NCBI GenBank assembly: GCA_963695335.1
Contig: OY968764.1
Coordinates: forward strand, 1,248,001-1,312,000
From: an uncultured bacterium
Lineage (GTDB): Bacteria > Babelota > Babeliae > Babelales > Vermiphilaceae
Direction: 5' to 3'
Length of the DNA stretch: 64,000 nucleotides
Every line of letters starts with the position of its first letter. The stretch's first letter is position 1. A program made the translations under genes and the position numbers. Under the pieces are notes generated by a model. The model saw nothing but the letters and a program-made list of their open reading frames with translations. It did no database searches and was not told where the DNA came from. Positions 20,136-29,153 of this stretch are shown in pieces.

Positions 20136-21119
20136 TTATTTTGCAAAACAACTTAACGACCCCTTTTTTTTCTTTTTATTTTGTTCTTTATAAAGTGCAA
20201 CAATTGATTTACGGAAATATTTGGGTAATCTATCAAAAGATTGATATCCATTTACAGGAACATCAAAATTAATCCAATACGGTGCATATTCTCTATAATT
20301 GTCTGGTATTATTGCACCTTCAAAATCAAATTGCTTATATGCACCCAGTTGCAACTTATCTTGATTGTTAATTTTATATATCCAATCTTTTTCAAAGCAT
20401 AGATATGCTGAAGAGTTCAATAAAGCTTTTAACAATACTGGAAATTCTATAAGAGTGCTGACATCAAAAAATTCATATCTATCTTTCCTTCTTATTGTCC
20501 CTAAACATATTCTTTCTTCTTGATTACCATCAGCAGAAAGAGAAAACTCTATAACTTGTATATTGTCATGCGCATGCTTGCCTTTATGTAAAAGATAACA
20601 ACAAAAATCTCCTTTTTCATTAAAAAAAGCTGCTGGCTGATGAGGCAAATAATGAAAAGAGCCAGATGGTCCACCCCATGTTGTATAATCCGGAAGCAAC
20701 GTCACATTTAAACATCGCCGATCCATTATAAGCTCCTCCTGAAAAGGCCTTCCTCCTCGTAATCCAAAAGTTCGTAATGGCCAATTAGGTCGGTTGCCAA
20801 TTGCTATTTTGCCACACACTGCGCCATATTTATGCCATACAACACCTTCAAGGTTATTTTCTTTTTTTACAGCTTCCAGACAATAATCACTTTCGATAAA
20901 ATAGTGCTTTCGCCAATCAGCCGTCTGCAGCAAAATTGAATCATACTCTTTACTAACTTTTGCCAAAGCTTGAATCATTCGCCCATCGAACCATTCAACA
21001 CCATGCGTTAAAACAATATTCCATGCAATATTTTTATTTTCAGGGCTTACTACAAGAAGCTCCATAGCTGACAACAATGATGAATAAAAAACACACAAGA
21101 AAAAGATCAATACTTTCAT
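20136..21119 (-). CDS. Secreted hypothetical protein
   Basis: Signal peptide LLSA|MEL; RBS GGGAG; C-terminal basic patch KKKKKGSLSCFAK. Confidence 0.75.
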   Translation of the reverse strand: MKVLIFFLCVFYSSLLSAMELLVVSPENKNIAWNIVLTHGVEWFDGRMIQALAKVSKEYDSILLQTADWRKHYFIESDYCLEAVKKENNLEGVVWHKYGAVCGKIAIGNRPNWPLRTFGLRGGRPFQEELIMDRRCLNVTLLPDYTTWGGPSGSFHYLPHQPAAFFNEKGDFCCYLLHKGKHAHDNIQVIEFSLSADGNQEERICLGTIRRKDRYEFFDVSTLIEFPVLLKALLNSSAYLCFEKDWIYKINNQDKLQLGAYKQFDFEGAIIPDNYREYAPYWINFDVPVNGYQSFDRLPKYFRKSIVALYKEQNKKKKKGSLSCFAK

Positions 21120-21190
21120 AAAAAAATCTCCCTAAAAAAATACGCCAATCTCACAATACTGTAAGATTAGCATATTATAGGTGCGCGTGT

Positions 21191-21264
21191 ATAATTATAG
21201 GAGACTCGAACTCCTATCTCCGTGATTTAGCTCCCCGGATCCTATCCAATTAGACGAATGACTA
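21191..21264 (-). ncRNA. tRNA-like element or tRNA pseudogene with CUA at the anticodon position
   Basis: Minus strand TAGTCAT TC GTCT AATTGGATA GGAT C CGGGG AGCTAAA TCACG GAGAT AGGAG TTCGAGT CTCCT ATAATTA T: canonical arm lengths and a perfect T-arm, but two stem mismatches, G33 and no CCA. Confidence 0.6.
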
Positions 21265-21301
21265 TACAAACAGAGACATGCACCCAAATTTAGGTTACTA
21301 T

Positions 21302-22093
21302 TTACACAAAATCAAGCAACCGCTTCATTTTATATTTTGCATAAAACCAAAACGCAACCGTGAATAAACTCAACATGATACAACACATACCCCATGGTAA
21401 ACAATCTTGTTGTCCCAATAATGCAGCGCGTGTTCCTTCCATCACATACAAAATAGGATTACCCAAAAGTACATACGCAAGCGGCTGAGAAAGATTATAA
21501 ATTGATTCCCATGAAAACTGAAAACCTCCCATAAACCAGAGAGGAAATATAAAACGGGTCCAGACATTTTCCATCTTAGACATTGCACCAACATGCGCGG
21601 TTACGGCTATGGTGAATACGCCATAAAAAATATTTGCGAGCACGGTGATAATCGCAAATTTTATCCAAGCTACATCTGACAAACTAAAACTATTAAATAG
21701 AATCAATTTACCAAACGGTAACACAAAACAACTGAGTATAATTCCCATGATTACATATGATGTTATCATACTCCACAACACAACTGATGGCCGCGTTGGC
21801 AACGTCAAATAATAACTAATATGGCGATCACCTTCAAAATCAATCATGCATCTGAATGCATTACCATAAATTTCAAAAAGCCCCACGGTTCCCATGATAG
21901 TCGCCAACTGGAAACAGCCATAATTTGCCCCAAGACCAAATGATTGCATCACATATCCCATAATTACTAATGAACAAAGCACCCAAATATAGAGGTTGAT
22001 AACTTTATCAAACAGTTCTTGACGTGCTATATAAAAACGGGTTTTGATTAATTTATAAAAAATATCAAAAAAACGCATACAATGTGTATACAT
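21302..22093 (-). CDS. ABC-2 type exporter permease
   Basis: Six hydrophobic segments; YYLTLP and NPILYVMEGTRAAL. Confidence 0.9.
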   Translation of the reverse strand: MYTHCMRFFDIFYKLIKTRFYIARQELFDKVINLYIWVLCSLVIMGYVMQSFGLGANYGCFQLATIMGTVGLFEIYGNAFRCMIDFEGDRHISYYLTLPTRPSVVLWSMITSYVIMGIILSCFVLPFGKLILFNSFSLSDVAWIKFAIITVLANIFYGVFTIAVTAHVGAMSKMENVWTRFIFPLWFMGGFQFSWESIYNLSQPLAYVLLGNPILYVMEGTRAALLGQQDCLPWGMCCIMLSLFTVAFWFYAKYKMKRLLDFV

Positions 22094-22101
22094 AATTTTC
22101 C

Positions 22102-22845
22102 TTAATTATTTTTATCTGCATTATCCATCAACGCAATAAATACATCTTCCAGATTCTCCATCTTAAAATCAGCCTTTAATTTGTCCGGTGTATCAATCAA
22201 CTTAATTAAACCATTATCAAGCACGCACACGCGGTCAGAAAGTTGCTCCGCTTCATCAAGATAATGTGTTGTTAAAATAACGGTGACACCAAGCTGTTTT
22301 AAATCTCTAATTTGTTGCCACAACTGTCTTCTAATATGCGGATCTAATCCAACAGTCGGCTCATCCAATATTACCAATTGTGGATTATGCATTAATGCAC
22401 GTGCAATCATAAAACGTTGCTTATACCCACCAGATAACACACTCGCTTTTTGATGCAAATATTCGCCCAAACCAAATTGACGAACCAGAAAATCAAGACG
22501 TGTATCAATCTCTTCTTTGGTCATCTGATAATACGTTCCAGACAATCGCAAGTTTTGTTCAAGCGTCAGCGCTGGATCAAGATTGGGGCGCTGTGGGCAA
22601 AATCCAATTTTATAACGGTATGTTGCAATATCATCATAAATTGATACACCTTCACACTCAATATCCCCCTCTGTTGGTGGATGCAATGTTGCAATAATAG
22701 ATGACAGTGTAGTTTTTCCTGCACCATTCACACCTAAAAGCCCTACAATTTCACCTTTATAAATATCAAGAGAAACACCTTTTAATGCTTCTTTTGTTGC
22801 ATATCTTTTTTTTATATTTTTTATTCGTAACAAAATATTACTCAT
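22102..22845 (-). CDS. ABC exporter ATP-binding subunit (DrrA/NodI-like)
   Basis: GVNGAGKTT, LSGGY, LDEPTVGLD, TTHYLDEAE. Confidence 0.95.
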   Translation of the reverse strand: MSNILLRIKNIKKRYATKEALKGVSLDIYKGEIVGLLGVNGAGKTTLSSIIATLHPPTEGDIECEGVSIYDDIATYRYKIGFCPQRPNLDPALTLEQNLRLSGTYYQMTKEEIDTRLDFLVRQFGLGEYLHQKASVLSGGYKQRFMIARALMHNPQLVILDEPTVGLDPHIRRQLWQQIRDLKQLGVTVILTTHYLDEAEQLSDRVCVLDNGLIKLIDTPDKLKADFKMENLEDVFIALMDNADKNN

Positions 22846-22862
22846 ATAATTCCTTTAAACCT

Positions 22863-23654
22863 TTATACAAAATCAAGCAACCGCTTCATTTTTTGATATG
22901 CATAGCGCCACCCAAGCACAATGAAAAAACATAACGCCCCAATACACAATTCCCATGGCAAACAATCTGGATTACCTAACAACGCTCCTCGCATGCCTTC
23001 CATCACATACAGCACAGGATTCCATAAAACAAGATAAGCCAATGTTGGTGATGCTGCATACATAGCAGCCCACGAAAACTGGTAACAACCCAATACCCAT
23101 AACGGCCAAATAAAACGGGACCAAATGTTGCGCATTCTGGAAATAGTTCCAACACGTGCAATCACCACGATCACAAATATTCCAAAAAAAATATTCACGA
23201 GCACTGCAGTGATCGCAAACTTAATCCAAGATATTTGAGAAAAACTAAAACTATTATAAAAAAACAGTTTACCAAGCGGTAAAACAATAATCGTCAAAAA
23301 CAAGCCAACAATTGCATAAGATACAACCATAGCCAACAACACAGTTGCTGGCCGTGCTGGCAACGTCAAATAATATGAAATGGTGCGATCGTTATCAATA
23401 TCCATAATATTTCTTGCTGCCGCGTTATATATTTCAAAAAGTCCTACAACAGCTACAATGGAAGCAAACTGGAAACATCCATAATTAGTTGCAAGACCAA
23501 AGTTTTGCATAATATATCCAAAAATCATCAACGTGCAGCTCGTCCAAATATATAAATTGATAATTTGAGAACCAATATGTTCTCGCGCAATCAATAAGTG
23601 CGTTTTTACTAACGCACAAAAAATGTCCCTAAACCGAACAATTCCCTTATTCAT
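22863..23654 (-). CDS. ABC-2 type exporter permease, paralog of 21302..22093
   Basis: Same length and identical C-terminus KMKRLLDFV; NPVLYVMEGMRGAL. Confidence 0.9.
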   Translation of the reverse strand: MNKGIVRFRDIFCALVKTHLLIAREHIGSQIINLYIWTSCTLMIFGYIMQNFGLATNYGCFQFASIVAVVGLFEIYNAAARNIMDIDNDRTISYYLTLPARPATVLLAMVVSYAIVGLFLTIIVLPLGKLFFYNSFSFSQISWIKFAITAVLVNIFFGIFVIVVIARVGTISRMRNIWSRFIWPLWVLGCYQFSWAAMYAASPTLAYLVLWNPVLYVMEGMRGALLGNPDCLPWELCIGALCFFIVLGWRYAYQKMKRLLDFV

Positions 23655-23761
23655 GTTTTTTCCTCCACCACTAAAAATTACACCATTAATCCGAGTAAAA
23701 ATTACTCCAAGGAGATAGCACTACATCCACAAATATAATTGAAGCAACAAAGATTTAGCAA

Positions 23762-23858
23762 AAGACTAAAAGAAGATGCCCGTTAATAAATAATACAAAA
23801 ACATTATTTAACGGACTAAAAAACAAAGAAAGTAACAATTTTCATAACACGACCTCCT
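23762..23858 (-). promoter_or_regulatory. Putative leader peptide (MKIVTFFVF, 23816..23845) and attenuator hairpin upstream of the ABC exporter operon
   Basis: AGGAGG 7 nt before the ATG; the stop codon overlaps a GTCCGTTAA...TTAACGGGC stem that is followed by a U-rich tract. Confidence 0.55.
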
Positions 23859-23998
23859 GAAAACAGGAATTTTTAATTAAACATTAATTTTAGAATATCA
23901 TAAACAAATACCGGGTCAATTTTTTCTCGTGACAACTATTCAGCTCATCAGATATAATTCCCTTATGATCTCTATGATTCCTAAAAAGAGAAAGTCTC

Positions 23999-24943
23999 AT
24001 GAAAAAACAATTATATATCCTCAGCTTTATATCACTTCACATTCACGCTATGGAAACAATGGCATTGTTTCCTGATGAAATAATGACATCCATAATGCAA
24101 TACTCTTTACCAAAACTTAACTTATATTATAACAATACCCACAAGCCAGGAAGATGGTATCATACAGAAAAAGGAACCTTTCCAGATAATTCAGCTGATA
24201 GAGATAAAAAAGACACGCTCAATGCAGCACAAAACTTACAACAGATTTTTAATTCCATACAAACATCCCTGCTTCTGAGCAAATTTTATAATAATGTGAT
24301 TGTACAAAATATTAGTACATGGTTGGGTATCAATAAAGATAACGTTAATGCACTTCTCATCCGAGCAACGCAAGCAAATATCCCCTACTTTATGAAACTT
24401 GCTGTAGCGCACAAAGCTGATCGCAATTTTGTTCATAAACCTGATGGCTATACTCCTCTCTTATGCGCAACGAAACATAATCAGTATCGTACATGTGCTT
24501 TTCTTCTGAGCAAGGGCGTTTCTGTACACATAAGAAGAGAAAACCCTTACGCAGCTTATGTTTATAATCCTCATGAATGGCCAATACATATCGCTATACA
24601 AAACGGTAATCTTGAATTAGTAAAACTGTTTATACAACATCGCGCCACTCTTGATTTTTCGCACTTTCCTATTACTTCTCTTCTTACTTTTACAGCACAA
24701 CGGAATAATCCTTATATTCTTGCTGTGCTCTTAGAAGCTCGACCATATACGAATTTCAATAATCATTGGGAAGCTGATGAAATTGAACATGCCCTGGAAA
24801 CAGTCAAACGTCTTGAAGTAAAAACTGATAAAGAAAAACTTGAAAATAGAGCTTGTATAAGTATATTACAAGAAGCGCTTAAAGATAGTACAAACTCATT
24901 ATCAGAAATGATGAACATGTTTTTTGGAACAACAAAAACATGA
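23999..24943 (+). CDS. Secreted F-box-like/ankyrin repeat protein
   Basis: IHA|MET; LFPDEIMTSIMQYS; GYTPLLCA; WPIHIAIQNGNLELVKLF. Confidence 0.85.
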   Translation: MKKQLYILSFISLHIHAMETMALFPDEIMTSIMQYSLPKLNLYYNNTHKPGRWYHTEKGTFPDNSADRDKKDTLNAAQNLQQIFNSIQTSLLLSKFYNNVIVQNISTWLGINKDNVNALLIRATQANIPYFMKLAVAHKADRNFVHKPDGYTPLLCATKHNQYRTCAFLLSKGVSVHIRRENPYAAYVYNPHEWPIHIAIQNGNLELVKLFIQHRATLDFSHFPITSLLTFTAQRNNPYILAVLLEARPYTNFNNHWEADEIEHALETVKRLEVKTDKEKLENRACISILQEALKDSTNSLSEMMNMFFGTTKT

Positions 24944-24987
24944 TAAACTTATAAAAAAAATCATTCATCAACATTATAAGGATTACA

Positions 24988-25865
24988 ATGAAAAAACAAT
25001 TTTTTATTACCCTCTGCTTTATCACCATGCATAATTATACTATGAAAATAGAACAATCATTTCCTGATGAAACACTAGCATCTATTATTCAATATTCTTT
25101 GCCAAAGCTCAATTTGTACTATCATCAAAAACCTACAGATATAAATGAAGATAAAGATAACTTAACTCAAGCAAAAAACAATTTAGAGCAATATATCACT
25201 ACAACAATGAAACTACGTTCTATCAGCCAACGCTTTAATACTATTATCACCAAAAATATTGTTACCTGGTTAAACTTCAATCAACATGGTATTAACGCAT
25301 TTCTTCTCAGATCAACACAAGCAAATATTCCATATTTTATGAAAATTGCCATAACACATAATGGCCATCCAAATTGTGTTGATGCACCTAATGGCAATAC
25401 TCCTCTCTTGTATGCAACTGCAAATAATGATTACCTCTCATGCAAATTTCTGCTTGAAAAAGGAGCTTCTATTAATATGAAACTACAACCTCCTCGAGCA
25501 TTTGGTTATGGTTACAATCCTGGCATATGGCCAATACACATAGCTATTGGAAAAGAAAACCTTACATTAGTTACATTATTTATTAAACATGGATCCCAGC
25601 TGGATTTTTCTAACTTTAATGCTGAAAATCTTCTTTCTTGTGCCGCAAAAAAAATAATCACGTTATTCTTTGCACCCTCCTTCAAGCTCGTCCTCATACA
25701 GATCACAACAATCATTGGCCAGAAAATGACATTAAACGCGCTCTTAAAACCGCAAAAGAACTTCAAATAAATACTGAACAGGAAAATCTTAAAAAGAAAG
25801 CTTGCATAGATATTTTAGAACAAGCATTAGAACATACTATTCTTATCAAAAAGGACATAGTATAA
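24988..25865 (+). pseudogene. Ankyrin paralog of 23999..24943 with a frameshift in an A8 run (25647-25654)
   Basis: The true C-terminus (NNHVILCTLLQARP...ACIDILEQAL) matches the paralog but lies in the 25638..25865 frame; adding one A restores it. Confidence 0.8.
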
Positions 25866-25872
25866 AAAATAA

Positions 25873-26487
25873 TTATTCATCAACATTTTTGATCAATAAC
25901 CCTTGTTGCGGGCAAACAAGATCATAATCGTAATAGATCTTTTTCCAGAACAAAGATAAATCTTTATATACCAATACCGATGAAGGCACATTTAAAACAT
26001 AGGGAATATCAAACCATATAGGTAATTCTGCCAACAAATATTGTACAGCTATAGACACAGATGTATCATTAATACTTCCATTTTTATGTTCCAACATCAA
26101 TCGTGTCGCCCCTAAACAATCATTTCTGAATGATACATTCGTTTCAAAAACAGTCTTATAACGGTTATAGGATTCAAGATATCTTTGAGTTTGAGAAAGA
26201 TGATTTAATAATATTATTTTTTCATGCGCATCTTTTTCAGACATCCCTACAGCTATGCAACTTTTTATAACCTTATTAAATAATTTTTTATCCTGCTCTT
26301 TTGTTTTTTTAACAGCTTTTTCCTCATCATACCCCAGTGCCATCAAATTATACTTGGAAGCCCCATCCATGATAAACAGATTAAACTCAGAAAATGTTTC
26401 ACAAGCCCAGCGTAATAAATGAGTAATGTTTGTAACGGAAAAATAACTATTAAAAGGACTAATGGCGATAAGTGCGTGATCAGTCAT
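25873..26487 (-). CDS. tRNA-dependent cyclodipeptide synthase (CDPS)
   Basis: HALIAISPFNSYFS (Hx3[GA]xSxxNxYF), YNLMALGY, YLLAELP (YxxxExP) and SVLVY motifs. Confidence 0.85.
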   Translation of the reverse strand: MTDHALIAISPFNSYFSVTNITHLLRWACETFSEFNLFIMDGASKYNLMALGYDEEKAVKKTKEQDKKLFNKVIKSCIAVGMSEKDAHEKIILLNHLSQTQRYLESYNRYKTVFETNVSFRNDCLGATRLMLEHKNGSINDTSVSIAVQYLLAELPIWFDIPYVLNVPSSVLVYKDLSLFWKKIYYDYDLVCPQQGLLIKNVDE

Positions 26488-26588
26488 TCCTACCTCTTTT
26501 TTTATACATATATTAATTTCACTTTAATATATAAAATTCATATGCTTTTAAAAATACAATTACCACTCTCTTAAAAAAGGATTTATTT

Positions 26589-27260
26589 ATGAAAAGAATA
26601 CCACTTCTTCTTTTATCTCTGCTATTTTTATCACCAATACATGCAATGTTATGTATTAAAAAACCATCGTATAATGCTCTTAAATTATATCAATCTCGCA
26701 GCGCATTTCTTTCATCAAAAATGGATGTAGAGCTTGTCATTAGAAAGATTAAAGAGGTGGATAATCACCAATGCTCCTCTGTATACGAAACTAAAAGACA
26801 ATGCGCCAATGATCTTTGCTGCAGACATGCGTACCTTGATGGCGACGTGAATCAAAACATACAAAAGCACTTCTTTAAAAAAATCAACAACCCAATAGAA
26901 TTTGTAGAAAATCTCAGACAAACTGTATATCAATTACGCTTATTTGACGGCTATCTAAAATGGAGATTATTACATTCTGCAAAAATACCTCATTGGCACA
27001 TATATCAAGAAGCGCTTGGATTAATCGCCCATAAAAGCCAATGTATCCTAAACCAAATGCGCATGATATATCACGATGCTCCAGCAAACTGGGATGAACG
27101 TACATATCATCACATAGGCGGCATGATCATAGCGGAAGAAATATTACCCGACCTGATCAAACTTAATCAACATGCAAAAAAGGTAACACAAGAAGATATG
27201 CAACACCTCATAGTTGCAGAAATACAGACAGACCAATCAAACAAAAATAATATAGAATAA
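26589..27260 (+). CDS. Secreted hypothetical protein with C-x4-CC motif
   Basis: PIHA|MLCIKK; QCANDLCC, a motif shared with the 41734-44226 paralogs. Confidence 0.75.
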   Translation: MKRIPLLLLSLLFLSPIHAMLCIKKPSYNALKLYQSRSAFLSSKMDVELVIRKIKEVDNHQCSSVYETKRQCANDLCCRHAYLDGDVNQNIQKHFFKKINNPIEFVENLRQTVYQLRLFDGYLKWRLLHSAKIPHWHIYQEALGLIAHKSQCILNQMRMIYHDAPANWDERTYHHIGGMIIAEEILPDLIKLNQHAKKVTQEDMQHLIVAEIQTDQSNKNNIE

Positions 27261-27959
27261 TCAGAAAATTTATTACTTACCTTTAATATATTGATTACAC
27301 ACACATTTATTTCTCAAATATTCTTGTAATTTATTTGTTGCTTTCATTTGTGGTGTATTAGGATCAACTATTTTTAATGGAAAAATTGTATGTGTGGCTT
27401 CTTGAGTAACAGAATATGCTTTACCGTGCGCAATAAGATGGGTTCCTTGTTTATTAAAATCTATCGATGTAGGTTTAAGAGATAATGGCAATAACTCTCG
27501 CTTTTTTCCCAAAGAAAAAGCAACTTCACCATCTTCATTTTCTTTTAAATCAATTTTCTGAATCTCTAAAAAAGGTTCTATGCAAACAGTTTCTCCACGA
27601 TGACTATGGACTTTTCTTCTGCAAAACAATGCCAATATACTACCACTTGGTGATAAGGCTATGCATTCTGTATTCATATAAAGATGCACCTCAATATTGG
27701 ATTTTTTATAAACCTTTCCCTCAATATTCAAGGTTATAGTTATATCATCTTCATCTTCTTTAAAAACAATATATTTCGTGTTATCACTGTTATCTGCTCT
27801 CAAACGCAATGGTTCATATATTTCTATATGCTTATCTTTCTTATTTTCATTTTCCTGTTTGTTTTTTAAAGTCCGCTCAATAAATTCTTCTTCTGTTTCT
27901 GTTTCCATCAAAAAACTCGCAATATAATTTAATATATCGCGAGGCATTTTATTTAAGTA

Positions 27960-28937
27960 ACGTGAGTTCGATCTAAGAAAATTTTAAAAAAAAATTCATT
28001 ACGATATCCTTTTAAAAACAATCAAACTTAAAAAAGGGTATTGTAATGAATTTGACTACTATTTTCTACCATTGTGATGAATTTTGCAAATTTTTTGAAA
28101 AAGAGTTTCCAATCCGTGTTCTTTCTGATGGGAAAAATATTAGAAAAAGGAATGGATCTTTAAAGCTTAGTGAAACTATGACGATTGTCATTTATTATCA
28201 GCAATCTGGCTATAAAACATTCAAGGATTATTACACAAAAAGTGATGAATTAAAATCAGCGTTCCCTGGTCTTACAAGCTATAATCGTTTTGTAGAATTA
28301 CAACAAAAAATTACAATGCCTTTAGCTATTTTTACAAAATTATATGCGCTTGGAAAATGTGATGGCAATTCATACATTGACAGTTTTTCACTGTCTGTAA
28401 GTCATCAAAAAAGAATATCTTCTCATAAAACCTTTAAAGGATTAGCCGCTCGAGGAAAAACAAGTGTGGGTTGGTTTTACGGATTCAAAGTTCATGTAAT
28501 TATCAATGGTTGGGGAGAAATTATTGATTTTTGTATCACCTCAGGAAATGTTGTTGATAATAATACAAAAGTTATTGAAAAAATAACTGAAAAAATTCAT
28601 GGAAAAGTTTATGGAGATAAAGGCTATTTGCTTAATTCAGAACTGTTTCAAAAGCTTTACTCTAAAGGCATTCATATTGTTACAAAAATTCGAAATAATA
28701 TGAAAAATAAGCTTATGGATGTTAAAGATAAAATCATGTTAAAAAAACGTGGAATCATTGAGTCTGTTGGAGCAATTCTTAAGGAGGATCTTAATATTGA
28801 ACATTCACGATATCGTAGTCCAAGATCATTGATTATAAATGTATTTGCAGCTTTAGCTTCTTACGGATTTCGAAAAAAAAAGCCATCAATATACAAAAAA
28901 AGCTTTTTTCTATTGACGGCTTAGATCGAACTCACGT
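27960..28937 (+). mobile_element. IS982-family insertion sequence
   Basis: Perfect 18-bp IRs ACGTGAGTTCGATCTAAG / CTTAGATCGAACTCACGT; direct repeat TAAGTA at 27954-27959 and 28938-28943. Confidence 0.95.
28046..28924 (+). CDS. IS982-family DDE transposase
   Basis: SYNRFVE, YIDS, GWFYGFKVH, GDKGY, KRGIIES, IEHSRYRS. Confidence 0.95.
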   Translation: MNLTTIFYHCDEFCKFFEKEFPIRVLSDGKNIRKRNGSLKLSETMTIVIYYQQSGYKTFKDYYTKSDELKSAFPGLTSYNRFVELQQKITMPLAIFTKLYALGKCDGNSYIDSFSLSVSHQKRISSHKTFKGLAARGKTSVGWFYGFKVHVIINGWGEIIDFCITSGNVVDNNTKVIEKITEKIHGKVYGDKGYLLNSELFQKLYSKGIHIVTKIRNNMKNKLMDVKDKIMLKKRGIIESVGAILKEDLNIEHSRYRSPRSLIINVFAALASYGFRKKKPSIYKKSFFLLTA

Positions 28938-29153
28938 TAAGTAACAAGGCTTTACCACAATTTCCATAGCCTGTGAGTGAAAGACGAAAAATGATACAAA
29001 ATTAAGTACAATATATTTTTTCATAAAAATAATCCTTTTACTAAAAGCTTATTAGACGATTACAATATAATCCCATTTCCCCTTAACAACAACTTTTTTT
29101 ACGGTACACTTGTTACCAGATGCTATAATTATAATCCATCATGAGGAATTTTC

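Larger units (their letters stand above)
27273..29024 (-). pseudogene. Secreted F-box-like protein gene interrupted by IS982
   Basis: Removing the IS and one target copy gives in-frame MKKYIVLNFVSFFVFHSQA|MEIVVKPCYLNKMPRDILNYIASFL... Confidence 0.85.

Noticed and set aside
21191..21264. Amber (TAG) recoding implied by the CUA element
   Set aside because: TAG ends intact conserved genes here (e.g. ppa at 16574, transposase at 28924), long ORFs need no readthrough, and the element lacks U33 and CCA.
21191..26487. A single CDPS plus dedicated tRNA plus ABC exporter biosynthetic cluster
   Set aside because: They are co-oriented but separated by two opposite-strand ankyrin genes; nothing in the sequence links them beyond proximity.
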